Shown here: positions 43,021 through 55,980 of the stretch, piece by piece
Position numbering within the stretch: the first letter of the stretch is position 1
How the letters are laid out: each line of letters begins with the position of its first letter
Assembly (NCBI RefSeq): GCF_009914755.1
Contig: NC_060932.1
Length of the DNA: 64,000 bases
Source of the DNA: the human T2T-CHM13v2.0 reference genome, Homo sapiens
Strand: one strand, 5' to 3'
Program-made: the position numbers and the translations under genes
Notes under the pieces: model-generated
Seen by the model: the letters and a program-made list of their open reading frames with translations, nothing else
Databases searched by the model: none
Told to the model about the DNA's origin: nothing

Positions 43021-43294
43021 TGCTTTAATTCTATTTGCTCTTTTTTCTTTAATGACTATAAAATTTAGGTAATCCATGTAATTTAAAATGTAGGAAGTAC
43101 ATTGTGCTGAAATGTTGAAAGATCATTTAAACATAAATAATAGCTTAAGTAGTAGTAGGAAATTCTAGGGTCTGGCTCATGGACAGTCCTTAGTCCAATG
43201 TAGCATAAGAATAAAATAGTTCAGGTAATGTCTATATGATATGGATAGAAAATGGTTTATACCACAGTAAATGGAAGCATTTAATAGAGTAGGT

Positions 43295-44540
43295 CATGCC
43301 CTCCTTTGGAAAAAGCCTTTCACTTGGGCTTCCTAGAAAACTTTGCTTTTCTTCCCAACTCAGTGGCCATGCCTGATTCTCACTCCTTGGTCTCACTTGT
43401 GTCTGTGCAGTGCATGAGTACTAAGCTGTCAGCCTCCTTGATCTTCTCCTTACCCTCATTCCTGTCTTGCTGTCATTCAGTCCCAGGGCATTAAAGACAA
43501 TTCCTGAGCTTACAGCTCTCAAAGTTGTAGCTCCTGCTTGGACCTCTTTTCTGAACTCACTTGTCTATTAAACAGCCTACTTGCATCTTCTCTAGGATGT
43601 GAAATAAAAATTTCACATGAAAACGTCTTACCTTCTCTTTCACCACAGCTGTCCAGTCTTCCCCATCTCAGCTAATGCCAATCCATCCATCCAGATGCTG
43701 AGTGTGACAACCTAGAAGCCTCCCTGACCTCTGTCTTTCACTCACCGCATCCGGTGTATCAGCAAATCCTCTGGGCTCTTCCTTCACAATATCTCCAGAT
43801 AAGACCATTTCTCACCACCTCCAGGATGCCCATCTACCACCATGGTGCAAGCACTCAATCTGCTGCCTGGATGACTGCAAGTGTCTCCTAACAGGACTCC
43901 TGGCTTGCACCATTGCCTCTTCACTATGTCCTCTCAACTAAGCCAGAATGCTCTTTTTAAAGTGTTTGTCAGATAAAGCACCTTGCAAATCCTTCAGGGC
44001 CTCCCTGTGTCTCTCAGAGGGAAGTCCTCATCCTTCCAATGGCCTTGAGGCTGCAGACCCAGTGGCTCTCTGTGGCCTGACGTCCTCCCCTATACCTCCC
44101 CACTCGGCCACATTGGCCTGGCCACACAGCCACACTCCACATCATGCAGCATGGCTGACTGTTCCCTAGGCTAAAATGCTCTTCCCCACATCCGTGTTGC
44201 TCATTCCCTCACCTCCTTCAAATCTTTACTCAAATGTCATATTTTCAGTGATGCCAGCTCTGGCCATCTTAACTAAAAGGCTAATTTGGTGCCTCTTTAC
44301 CCTGAGCTGAGGATCCTCCCTAGAATGATCACATTCTGGCATGCTCAACAATTCCCTTGTTTATTACACTGATTACACTGATTTTCTGGCCCCTCTTGCT
44401 GCAATGCAGAATCCTTAAGGGCAGGGATGTTTGTCTATTGTGTTCCTTGATAAGTAGAACAGAACAGGGCTGGCATAGAGAAGACGTGCGGTGAGTTTGT
44501 TGAAAAAAACAAATACATGAAGAAATAAATACATGAAAAC
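43295..44540 (+). mobile_element. L2 (L2a-like) 3' region
   Basis: CAGTCTTCCCCATCTCAGCTAATG...CAGCAAATCCT...CCATTTCTCACCACCTCCA...CTCCTTCAAATCTTTACTCAAATGTCA...TTTGTTGAA tail. Confidence 0.85.
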
Positions 44541-44891
44541 AAATATTGTGAAGGGCATTGTGTACCAAGGCAAGGGGTACATAGTAAGTCTGGTGTGTGA
44601 GGTCAAAAGGGAAATCCATGAAAGATTTTTAGAAAATATAATGGGCTGTATAGTAGGTGAATTAATCTGGTAACAATTTGAAGAACAAAGTATAATAGCA
44701 GAAAAAGAGTCAGGACACTTGCTGGAATGTGGTGGCCCAGGAAAGAAGCAAAGGCCTGAAATAGGTCAGTGGTGGTGCAAGTGGAAACCAGGGGCCCTGA
44801 GGATCTTGGACTTACCTGGTTTATTGATATAATATAGATGAAAGAAAGAAATAGAAATCAAATCTATTTCCCAAACTTTGATGGGAAAGTC

Positions 44892-44936
44892 CCATTAAAT
44901 GGCAAGAACCACAGTAACTTTTGCACCAACCTAATA
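44892..44936. mobile_element. MADE1 mariner MITE, half element
   Basis: AATGGCAAGAACCACAGTAACTTTTGCACCAACCTAA followed by TA matches one MADE1/Hsmar1 TIR arm. Confidence 0.85.
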
Positions 44937-45101
44937 TATTATATTATCAGGTTTATAAATAGGTAACACATTTAGACATTAGATTTAACATATTTAATAG
45001 CCCAACTTTTATTTGAAATATAAACTAGGGTCTGAATGTTCTCAGGTACAACTTTCAAACTGAGGTTTTGTCTATAGAATAAAAAAATTAAAAATTCATT
45101 T

Positions 45102-45218
45102 GGGCTCACGCCTGTAACCCCAGCTACTTGGGAGGTCAAGGCAGGAAGATCACTTGAGTCCAGAAGTTCGAGACCAACCTGGGCGGCATAGTGGGATCCT
45201 GCCTCTAGAAAAAAAAAA
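45102..45218 (+). mobile_element. FLAM / Alu monomer
   Basis: GGCTCACGCCTGTAACCCCAGC...GATCACTTGAGTCCAGAAGTTCGAGACCA...CTCT plus A tail. Confidence 0.88.
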
Positions 45219-46379
45219 TCAAGATGTGAACTTGACTTAAGAAGAAAATATACCAGAGGCAATTCTAGAGCAAAAATTATATGAAATTACCAGTACCCAT
45301 AAAATGACTCCCTAAAGTTCTTTGAATTAGCCCAAATTCCAAGCTCCAAAATGTGGTAATGCGAATAAGATCCAGAGGGGAAGACAGTGAACAAAACTCG
45401 GTCTTTTTAATGGTTAGAAGAGTTCTATTATCTTCATCATACTTTTGGGTATTCTGTCAAAGTCCACGTTAAACAATAATCTTTAGTTACTAGGGAACTC
45501 AGGAAGTCATATACACATTATATATCATAAGAGTATTAACTATTAGAATTCCAGATTTTTATTTTTTAGATTTTTCCTCACCCACTGCATAACTTTAAAT
45601 GACTATACTTTTTCTGATTTATAAAAGCAATAAGCAGACAATTGTGAAAATTTAGAAAAAGTAAGAAAAATCATCTCTTATCTTAGCAACCAAATAATCC
45701 CTGTCAAGATTTTGACATAGCCCTTTTATTTCTTATGTATGAATGTGTACATGAGGATGTAATACCCAGACATGCAGTTTTTAATGCTGTGTACATGTGT
45801 CTGTATTTTCTTAGTTATTACAGTAGCCTAAGCAACCCCTTGTTGCTGAAACTCTTTTCATGACTCACTTAATGGCTGCATAATATATCTTGCACGTATA
45901 ACTTGATTGACTACTCTCTAATGTTGGATATACTGATATTTTGCTTGGAAAGGGTAAATAAAATTTTCACGTGTACAATGAAGTGAAGAGAGAAGCAAAT
46001 AGACACTTGGGTAGCATGAATGTCTTCATCTTGAAATAGAAGCACAAAATGTTTTTTAAAGAAACCTGAAGAGCCTTTTCTTATCTCCCTGATTCCTGCC
46101 AGTGACATACTTTGGAACCGTGTTGAAGGTCACGGGAGCTCTGCCAGGAAGACCCAGGGAGAATGAATGAGCATGCATCAAACTGTTCTCTACATTTTCA
46201 GACCTTTTTTAAACATTCACTCTAGTCTGCTCTCTTGTACCAAGACTGGTCCCAAAGCACAATCAAACCAAGGCGAAAAAACCACATCGGCTGTGAGCAA
46301 AAGTGCCTGCACAGAGCTATGCCACTCTCACTATTTTTTAAATCCAAAGCAAAGAATATTATTGGCATTTTGTATCTTG

Positions 46380-46570
46380 TAGAACATTGTACTATACGTT
46401 TTCTCACTTAATTTCCAAAATAACTCTGTGAATTTGGCAGTACAGACAATTCTATTGTTTCACATTTAATAGATATGGGCTCAGACAAGCTGGATAATCT
46501 TTCTTGAGACTCCTACAGCCAGAAATAAGCAGAGCCACAGCTCAAAGACAGCTTTACTCACTCCTGCCCT
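46380..46570 (-). mobile_element. MIR
   Basis: TCTCACTTAAT...AATAACTCTGTGA...CATTTAATAGAT...GGCTCAGA...AAGCAGAGCC. Confidence 0.6.
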
Positions 46571-47275
46571 GTGTTCTCTCCATTCTGCTCTTTCAGAGGA
46601 AAAAAATGTTTGATGATTGGAGGTTCTTGAGACTAAGAAATATTTCCCAGAAACCTCTCCTTGAATTTCATTGAAGTACATGAGTCACATGCCCCCTTCC
46701 TGAAAGGAGAACTGTGTCCAGGGAGGTGAGTGGGTTTGGCCAGGGTTCTGAAGCTATCCTAGGAGGAGGGCAGAAGCCTCCAAGGACCAATGGGCAACCC
46801 CCCATCCCACAGGGAACAACTGGGGAGACACTGGAGAGGCCACCAGCACTGTCTGGACTGTGCCCTCCATATTTGCTGTCCAGGTGCCTGTGTCGGCTCA
46901 GGGGGACTGGGGTAGTTGTCTAATGAGTGCCAAAGCCAAGGCTATAACTAAGTGTTGCAAGTAAGCTAGTGTTCGCCATGGTACACAGATGGGCATATTC
47001 TCTTTCTATAAGTATGTGTTAAACATTAGCTAAGTGGCTACTGTGTATCAGTCACTGCAGTGGACAAAACAGGGGAAGCCAAGGGGAAAAAACAAAACCT
47101 CATCTTCCTTCTGATGAATAATAAAGATTGAAATAGAGACCTTATATAAGGGTCGGTACTGCTAGGCTCAGTGAAGAACAACAAAGCCAAGTAAATGCTG
47201 AGGGAGTGAGGGTGGTGGGTGGCGGTGGCTACCCAAGGTGCAATGGTCAATTATGAGTTCCTGTTAATGATGCTA

Positions 47276-47653
<378 letters not shown>

Positions 47654-48799
47654 CTAAAATACAGTTTCTTTAAGCAGTGAGATTATTTAAACAATAATAT
47701 GAATAAATAATAATAAAGTGATGCAAAAATATAAAATAAGTAGGAAAGTAGTACCCAAATAGCAAACATGTAGGGTGTGGGTGGGGGAAACCATACATCA
47801 TCTGCTTCCTTCTTTTACCTGCAAATACCTGCAGCCCAGACCACCATGACCTACTCAGATTCAGGGCATTATGGACTCCAGAGTCAGCAGCTCAATCTCA
47901 TAAATGAAACTATTTTACTTTCCCCACCCAGGACTAGAAACAGAAGCATTTAATACAATGCTGTTAACGCCATTCTTTTTCCACCTGCCCCACGTTCTAT
48001 GTTACGTGCATCATGTATACTGTGCATGGGGAGAGGGAAAGACAGAAATCAAGAAGTGCACATTCTGCATCCTGAATTCAGAGGCCATGTTTAGTCATTC
48101 AAATCCTCACTTAATGTTTAATCCATATATATTTTCAATCCTACATTTGTGACATGTTCTGTACCCATGGCACTGCAATGCTTAAAATATGGATTATAAA
48201 GAGAACAAGAGACCTCATTTTTCTTTCCTGCAGTTTAATGGGAGTGATGATGGCCCGGCAATTATGAATCTTGGTTGCTACAGCTGTCATCAGTGTTAGC
48301 AGCAGATAGGTAAAGCATCCAAAGGACTCTGTGTAGTGTCTGTTTCTGATACTAAAACAGCAACGGTTCCACAGGAAGTTTTTCTGCACACCTACACATG
48401 TACATTATAAACATAATGAGCACTGTGTAACTACTGTGTCTTTTATTCCTTTATTCCCCTTAATTGAAGGTTGCTCAATATTTCCACTATAAGCCCTTGT
48501 GTCTGTGACATAGTTTCGATTGTGTTTTTGAATTAGAATTATATCTAAATTGCATGCAGGCAAGGTGGACAGGAGTTGTTTGTGTTATTCTGGGCTTCGT
48601 TTTGAAAGAAAAAATGCTGAACAAAGAAATTTAAGGGAAAAATAGAGGGAATTTTTAAAAGTCTACTCATTTTTTTTGCATTTTGTACTCTAGTGATCAT
48701 GAATGGCTCCTATTCCAGGGCTACTGCAATGTGGTTGCAGTCTACTGTTCCCAACCTTCTCTTCCTCTCTGTTTCTTCTTGCGGCCTTCAGTTTAACCA

Positions 48800-49310
48800 G
48801 AGAGAGGCGGTTGTCTTAGGCTATGATAAGGAGCTTGACTTTCATTCAAGGTGCAGCAGGGAGTCTTGGGAGCCATGAGCAGGTGACTGATGAGACCCAA
48901 GCCACACTTTCACAAAGGCCCCAACTGCTCTGCGGAGAATGGGCGGGTGGGCTGGGTGCCACTGGGAAGCTGTGGCAGCAGTCACCAGGAATGCCACAGA
49001 CTGAGGTAGTGTGGTGAGCACAGGGACAAGTGGTCAGCTTCAAGATATATTCTAGAGCTCACATCACACCTCTCAATGGATTGCACATGGAAACGAACTA
49101 AAGACAGAAAACTCCAAGATCCTCTCCAGAGCAAACAGGTGAGTAGTGAAGGCTGGGGAAGAAGCAGATAGGGAAGGGGTCCATTGTCAACATTCTTTCC
49201 TGGACATGTTCTGTTTGAAATCCTTGCCCAACCCTCAGGGGCTACCTTGTGGGCAACTGGACATTCCTGCGGGGCTCAGCAGTGAGGACCAGGCTGAGCT
49301 GGACATTGAA
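48800..49310 (-). mobile_element. L2 fragment
   Basis: TAGGCTATGATAAGGAGCTTGACTTTCATTC...GGACATGTT...GTGGGCAACTGGACAT. Confidence 0.6.
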
Positions 49311-49558
49311 GGGCATCTTTCACAGTCTATCTTGTTATGTTATCTCCCCTGAACTTTAAAAGCCTTTACGGCTTTAATGTTGCTGCAACCTAAAGCCTAA
49401 TGTTGTCTTTGCTCCTAGCAGCTCCTAAGACCCCTGTCAAGGAGTATTTTCCATACTGGACCCTCACTTCCTGCCTGTGAGACTTCCCCCTCTACAGTTC
49501 TATTGTCTCATCAAAAAATCTTCTAATGATCCCATTTCTAAGGCTTCATTGAAGGCAT

Positions 49559-49944
49559 TGTATTAGTCCGTTTTCATACTGCTATAACGATACTACCAGA
49601 GACTGGATAATTTATTTTAAAAAAGAGGATTAATTGACTCACAGTTCTGCATGGCTGGAAAAGCCTCAGGAAACTTACAATCATGGCAGAAGGGAAAGCA
49701 AGCATGTCTTATATGGTGGCAGGAGAGAGAGAGTGTGAGCATCTGAAGGAAGAATTGTCAAACATATATAAAACCATCAGATCTTGTGATAACTCACTCA
49801 CTATCATGAGAACACCATGGGGGAAATGCCCCCATGATTCAATCTCCACCCACCAGGTTCCTCCCTCGACATGTGGGGATTAGGGGACTTTGGGGATGAC
49901 AGTTCAACATGAGATTTGGGTGGAGACACAGCCAAACCATATCA
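49559..49944 (-). mobile_element. THE1D/MSTA-type MaLR solo LTR
   Basis: TGTATTAGTCCGTTTTCATACTGCTATA...GCCTCAGGAAACTTACAATCATGGCAGAAGG...GAGATTTGGGTGGAGACACAGCCAAACCATATCA. Confidence 0.92.
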
Positions 49945-50034
49945 AGGACTTAGCACAATCTTTAGAAATATGAAACCACTGGACAATGTTGGCATTGAGT
50001 GGGTAAAAAACAAACTTGCAGAAATAATATCTTG

Positions 50035-50230
50035 TACATGTGCTTATTGCTATTTAAACACAAGCCTGTTCATATGTACCTTTGCATTAACCTCTCATAA
50101 GACCTCACGAGATATGTTATGGGTTATTATTCCATGTTTATTATTCAGGAAATGAGTGGAGAGATATTTGATAACTTACACAAATCAGACAGATAGACAG
50201 TTGCTGAAACAGGCCTGGACATCTTTCTCC
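50035..50230 (-). mobile_element. MIR
   Basis: TTATTATTCCATGTTTA...GATAACTTACACAAATCA.ACAG... Confidence 0.5.
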
Positions 50231-50469
50231 CTCAAGCCCTTATTCTATCTATATCCGATTTACTAGGGTTCTCAAATGATTGATCTACTTCTCAAGGTCA
50301 GGGTCCAGATGTGGAGAGGGGGCACCCATGACCCTTCAGGGAAGCACTTGCCATTTACTCTGTTGCAAGGAGGGCTGTTAACAGGCTGCCTCCAGTAGTT
50401 AATGCCTTCATAATGCCACATGCTTTCAAAGGAATTTCTATAACTGACCCCCCTCTACTACCTCAACTA

Positions 50470-51980
50470 CGATAAATCAAAAAACAATCTCACATGGAGA
50501 AGAGAGGTGGCAGAGATTAATGCCATTCTTGATGGTCTCAAAGATGCAGCATGGTGTTCCCTATCATATCTCTATTCGATTCACCAGAAAGGATCCAGCT
50601 GAAACCAGATGGATCCTAGAAGAATGGTCAGATATAGTATCTTTGCTAGAGCAGATCAATATAGCATAAGTCACATGATATTGATGCAGTGAGTGCATTC
50701 TTCTCTATCCCAATCAGAAAAAAAAGACCAGGAAAATGGAGTGCACAGCAGTATTCATTTAGTGCTGCTCCAGCCCAAATGCCTGGCCACAAGAAAGCAG
50801 TTAGCTTGAGTGGACCTGGAGAAAAACACAGCTCTGCAGGGCTTTGCTGCCTTGGCCACCTGAGCTATAGACCCTATGATGTTGGAGGGGTCAGTGATGA
50901 AAAAAAGACACAGTGCAGCATTTGTGTCAAGCTCCAGGGCAGGAAACAATGCCAGCCCCTTGGTTTCTAGAGCAAGGGCATGCTGTCCACATCTGAGAAC
51001 TTTATGCATGTTTGGTACCACAGGACGCCAAGTATCTATGTGTCCTAAACAGCCCATCCTGAACTATGTCCTTGAAGATTGACCCTAAATGAGACCTGAG
51101 GGCACAGGTAAGCTGCATGAGCAGGTAGCCCAAAGCCATGTGATCCCAGGCCCCTCTCCCAGCTTGCACCTATGGTTGTGTGGTGCGAAACACTTCACTT
51201 TTAAATTTAGCATTCTGACTCTGTGCTTGTACCTTGAACTCTTTCATGATTTTCTGCTCCCTGATAAGGAACACATGCTTGATCCTGCCACAAACACACT
51301 CAGCACACATGGCACCACCACAAGCCCTGCTAGCATGTTTTTTTCCTTCTAGACAACCTCATAAGAACTTCAGGTCTCACAGCAAGAAGCCCTCAAAATG
51401 TGTCTGGGTACACACCACATGCAGATGTTGGTGTTTCCCCAAATGTCTTGGTATAAAAGTAAACAACTCTATTACCAGGGTTTGGGACAGCCTAGTTTTG
51501 TTAGAGGCTGTATTATAGGAAAGCTTATGACAGTATGTCCAATGCTGGGCCATTCTGAGTGCCTCTAGACAGTGTCTCCCAAAGAGGTAAAAGAAGCTCA
51601 ATTATGGCAGGATTATTTTATATTTGAGGTAAGAAGGAATATGTGCAGGATTCTGTCTATCTGGGCACCCCTTGGCTGTGAAGAGACAAATACAGTGCAG
51701 CCACCCTTGCCTGAGAAGTGTGTGGTTTCCAGGGCCCAGACACCTTAGGATGGAGAGCTTGGGTCACATCATTGGGTAAGCACTGAGACCAGCAGAGGCA
51801 ATGGCTGAGGCTCAGAGGAATTTAGAAGGGATCGTTGCTGCCCCGAGGCCTCCCGCAGCAATGGGAGCTGTGGTTCCTCCCACAAGCTCAGTCCTGGCAA
51901 CTTCTGCCCAGAGAGAGAGGCCACTGGGATCCCAGAGGTGCTGCTCCCCAAACATGGAAGGAAAAGTGGAGACCCTTGAC
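50470..51980 (+). mobile_element. Decayed ERVL-class internal region (pol: RT, connection and 3' part)
   Basis: Hand translation across frameshifts gives VAEINAILDGLKDA (50507), PIISLFDSP, KPDGS*, DIVSLLEQINIA (50631), IDAVSAFFSIPI (50680), DPMMLEGSV, PLGF*SK and GTGKLHEQVAQ, colinear with ERV-L pol motifs as recalled. Confidence 0.85.
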
Positions 51981-51989
51981 AGGGGAGTG

Positions 51990-52270
51990 GTGGCCACAAT
52001 GAAAGAGCTTCCATTTGGCCACGGGAGTGCGGTCAGCTGATGGCTCCACTGGGCCTACCTTCAGGACCCAGCGCAGCTCTCAAGCCAAGGCCAGACTCTT
52101 CCCTGGTAGTCTCTGCTGATAACAGCACCACAGGGGTAGCAGGGCCCACCATTCCTGCCCAAAATGGGGCCTGAGAGCTTCATGGTGGTCTGAGGCTCTC
52201 CTGCCCTGTCCCACTTGCTCGCCCTTTTGTCTTTCCTTGGCCTTAACTCCCAGGAAACCTCCAACACTCC
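51990..52270 (+). mobile_element. Probable ERVL 3' LTR
   Basis: Follows the ERVL internal region and a purine tract AGGGGAGTGG; GC-richer; family not resolved. Confidence 0.4.
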
Positions 52271-53469
52271 TAATTGAGAACCTGCTCCAGAAAGTGGTCA
52301 TGGAGTGGCATTGCCTCCAGGCCATGGACACAGGACTGTGTGCCGCTGGTTGGGTGAGGATACAGATCTGGAGAATATGACATCCTTTAATGGACCCAAC
52401 AGGCCCATTTAATGGACTCTTTGAATCTGCTAGGAATTATCTGCCCCTACTATAGGGCATGTAACAGCTGAGGTGTCTCACTGCCTCTGTTTCCTGAAGA
52501 CATTACTGTACCTGTCCCCTTGAGAGTCATCAAAGGCACTTGCCTTAAACTCTGCTTAACTAGTGCTAACTCCAGAGTAGACCAGATTGACAGTTGGTTC
52601 TGCTTCAGGTTCTGATTCTGTGTAAATCATGACTTATAGCCCAGCTTTCTCCTCTCCGTTTTGCTGATGGTCCCTTTTCCAGGGTACTGAAAATGCCTGC
52701 AAACTTAAGCTATCCAACAACCCAACCAACCATGGCCTCCATCATTCTTCAGGCCCATCTTCCCCTAGAACCCTCCCTGGCCCCAACCAGAGCCTCCTCT
52801 GTGCCCACTGGCACCTTCCCTCTTACCCACCCATTGTGAGACTGCCTGGTCCTCCCTCCAGATCCCTGGGGCAGCAGGGATTGGCACAGCCATTAGTCAC
52901 TCCATGGAGAGACTCCTGCCCTGACACAGCCAGCCAGCCTCGATTCTAAAGCATCTGGGGCCTAAGAGGTTCAGACCTCACTTTCTGAAGGACAGTGGAC
53001 AGAGAGGGCCAGGAGAAAGGGCATGAACCCTGGCCCCCACTGGAGATGGTGTGGCTTCAAATCACTCTTCATAAAACTGAAATGCTGGCAGGGAGGCTCA
53101 ATCTTGAAGAGACATCAGATTTCCTCTTTCATATATGGCCAATGCTCTGATTCTACATTGCTTATCCAGAAGTAAAATAAGCTAAAACAATTAAAGTAGT
53201 GTTGATTTAATTATATCCTATTTCCACCCTTGTATAGAAACAAAACTGACTCTATTCAGTAAGGAAATTCAACAAGGCTTTGCCGTATTTCCATGGTGAT
53301 CCTCTCTTCTGATGTGGTATAAAATAGAAGAGGCTATTTATTAAAAGGCTTCATTGTAAAGAATGCATTTTTAATTAAGCGTATACAACAGCCCCTCATT
53401 GACCCATCAACCTGGGAGGTGAGTGACATCACCAAGGCAGCAGATCCACATGGCCCATTCCACCCCACC

Positions 53470-53770
53470 AAAGCTTTGCTCAGATGTCCCTTCAAGGAGG
53501 CCAACTTGTATATTTCTATTGAAAATTGTAGCCCCACTTATCCACCTTAACCTGTTGGCTTGTTGTTTTTTCATCTATAGTACTTATTATCTTCTGTATT
53601 CTCTTTAATTTACTTACTATTATTGTATTTTCAGCCATCGTCCACAAAAATTTAGGTTCCATTAGAGGAGGAAGCTTCTAACCTTTTACCTCCTTTGTTC
53701 CTGATACCAAATACCTGATAGCAAATATCTAAAACTCAGAATAGAGTAGTGCTGGTGAATGTTTGTTAAA
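53470..53770 (+). mobile_element. L2 3' end
   Basis: TTTGCTCAGATGTCCCTTCAAGGAGGCC...AGTAGTGCTGGTGAATGTTTGTTAAA. Confidence 0.6.
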
Positions 53771-53949
53771 GAAAGTGTGTGTTATGAATAACTGCAACTT
53801 AGCTATATAGCTGTCAAGCAAATTTAAATTAGAAACTTCACTTAACCATCTTTCCCATGTTTTCTTGGTTATATACCTCCCTATTATTTGCTCTTTCTTC
53901 TGCTGTTTTTAAAATACTCAAGTCAAACAAGAAAAAAGCCTCCTTATGA

Positions 53950-55170
53950 AAATGAAAATTATTACAGATTATACTAACGTTTGACATTACCCTGAAACAT
54001 AATCACTATGAGAAGTCTAATGTGCAGTCCTCTGGAATCTTCTCTACTTATTCATATACACATAAATGGACCCATTAAAATTACTGTGGTGTTTTGTATT
54101 TTTAGGTGAAAGGTATCAATTGTGCATATCCTACAACTTAAATGTTTCATTGATGTGACATATACATATTAGATAACACAGGTCAAATTAAAATTTCTAA
54201 TTAGAATCTCACAGTGTGAATATACCAATGTTTATTAAGTTATCCCATAATCATGGCCACTGAGAATGTCATAACATCATTGAATGTGCCTCCCTTTAAG
54301 CAAATATTTCTTGAGAGCAAATATGACGAAGTAGAATTTCCAGGCAATAGGATTTACATATTTTAAATTTTAATAGTTACCATCAAAATGCCACCCAGCA
54401 CCTGTGCTGGTAGGGGCTCCCCCAGCAGCAATGAGAGTGCTGTGTACAGACCCTCATCTACCTGTGACATTAGCAAACTTTATAATTTTTGCAAAACTTT
54501 TTATAATTTGTGTAGAATTTACACTTTTATAATATTGAGTCTTCCCATGAACACAAGACAACTCCACATTCAAGTTTTATTTTATGAACTTCATTACTTT
54601 GTTATAGTTTTGTCCATAAGGATGATGGTTATTTTGGTTGGGTGTTACTGTAGACATTTTAGACTTACTTTTACTATTTTGAATGTAGTCTCCCCATCCT
54701 CACATTACATTTCCTAAGTCACTATCACCTATGTATAGAGAAGCTAATAATTTTTTGTATGGTTAATGTCTGCTTCTCAGCATTTGTCACTTGGTTCTAT
54801 TTGACTTTCTAGCTCAGTGGTCATGTGCTGTATGGTATATCTTCTCTTGAATATATTACATCTTTAAACTTCTTATTTTACTGTATTAGCAAGGACCTCC
54901 AGAACCATGCATGAAAGTAGTGGTGAAAATGACCATGCTTGGCTTCAAAGGGGATTTTTCTAAAGTATCACCCTTATCAGGAATTTGGGAAGATGTCCTT
55001 TATCTTAAAGAAGCCTTCATCTCTACCCAATTCACAAACAATGTTTATCATGAGTCTTAAACTTTATAGATGTTTATTATTCTCTCTAATTCAAACTTCA
55101 ATTAATCTCACGTAGCGAGCTTTGTTAGTATTTTGATTTTTTTTCAAAACCATCTTTTGACTTTATCACC
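53950..55170 (-). mobile_element. L1ME fragments, antisense
   Basis: GAAGTAGAATTTCCAGG...CAGCAATGAGAGTGC; ATAATATTGAGTCTTCCCAT; CTGTATTAGCAAGGACCTCCAG. Confidence 0.65.
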
Positions 55171-55621
55171 TGTAGTGGTTTGAATGGTCATCTCAGAAAA
55201 GATGTATTCATGTTCTAATCCCCAGAACCTGTGACTGTGACCTTATTTGAAAAGAGTCTTTACAGAAGTGATTAATTTAGGGATCTTGATGAGATTATCC
55301 TGGATTACCCAGGTAGGCCCTAAATCCAATAATATGTCCTTACAAGAGACAGAATAGAATACACAGACACAAAGGGGAAGGCCGTGTGAATGAAGGTGAA
55401 GCAGAGTTTGGAGTGAAGCTGCCACAAGTCAAGGGACACCTGGAACCACCAGAAGCTGGAAGAAACAAAGATCCACCCTAGAGCCTTCGGAGGGAGCATG
55501 GCCCTGCCAACACCTTGATTTCAGATTTCTAGTCTCCAGAACTGTAAGAGGACATATTTCTGTTGTTTTAAGCCACTCAGCTTGTGGTAATTTGTTAAAT
55601 CAGCCCTAGGAAATTATTATA
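55171..55621 (+). mobile_element. MLT1C-like MaLR solo LTR
   Basis: TGTAGTGGTTTGAATGG...CCAGAACCTGTGA.TGTGACCTTATTTG...CCACCAGAAGCTGGAAGA...TCTCCAGAACTGTAAGAG...GCCCTAGGAAA. Confidence 0.9.
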
Positions 55622-55980
55622 TTGCTGGACCTGACTGTTTCTCCCTATACGTCATGGTGTGTTTATCTACTATTTCTCCCACTTTCTCTGGAATTATCTA
55701 GCTGTTTCATTTGTACAATAAAAGTTCTTAAAATGCAGTTTGTTTGTGTTTCAACTTTTTGTCTAATATATTCATTTAAGGCTATAAATTTCTCCTTTTG
55801 CATTCTAATTTCATGATATTCTACAAAGCTGAACACAGGGATTATTCATTATTTCTCATTTTAAATAGTTTACCATGTCCGTTTGACTTTTCTCATGGTA
55901 AAATTTACTTAGAAATATTACGTGGAATATTTGGCCACATTTTTATTGTACATTTCTAAATTCACATTAATTATTGGTAA

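Noticed and set aside
44892-44936. Possible miR-548-family hairpin
   Set aside because: Only one MADE1 arm is present, so the hairpin cannot form
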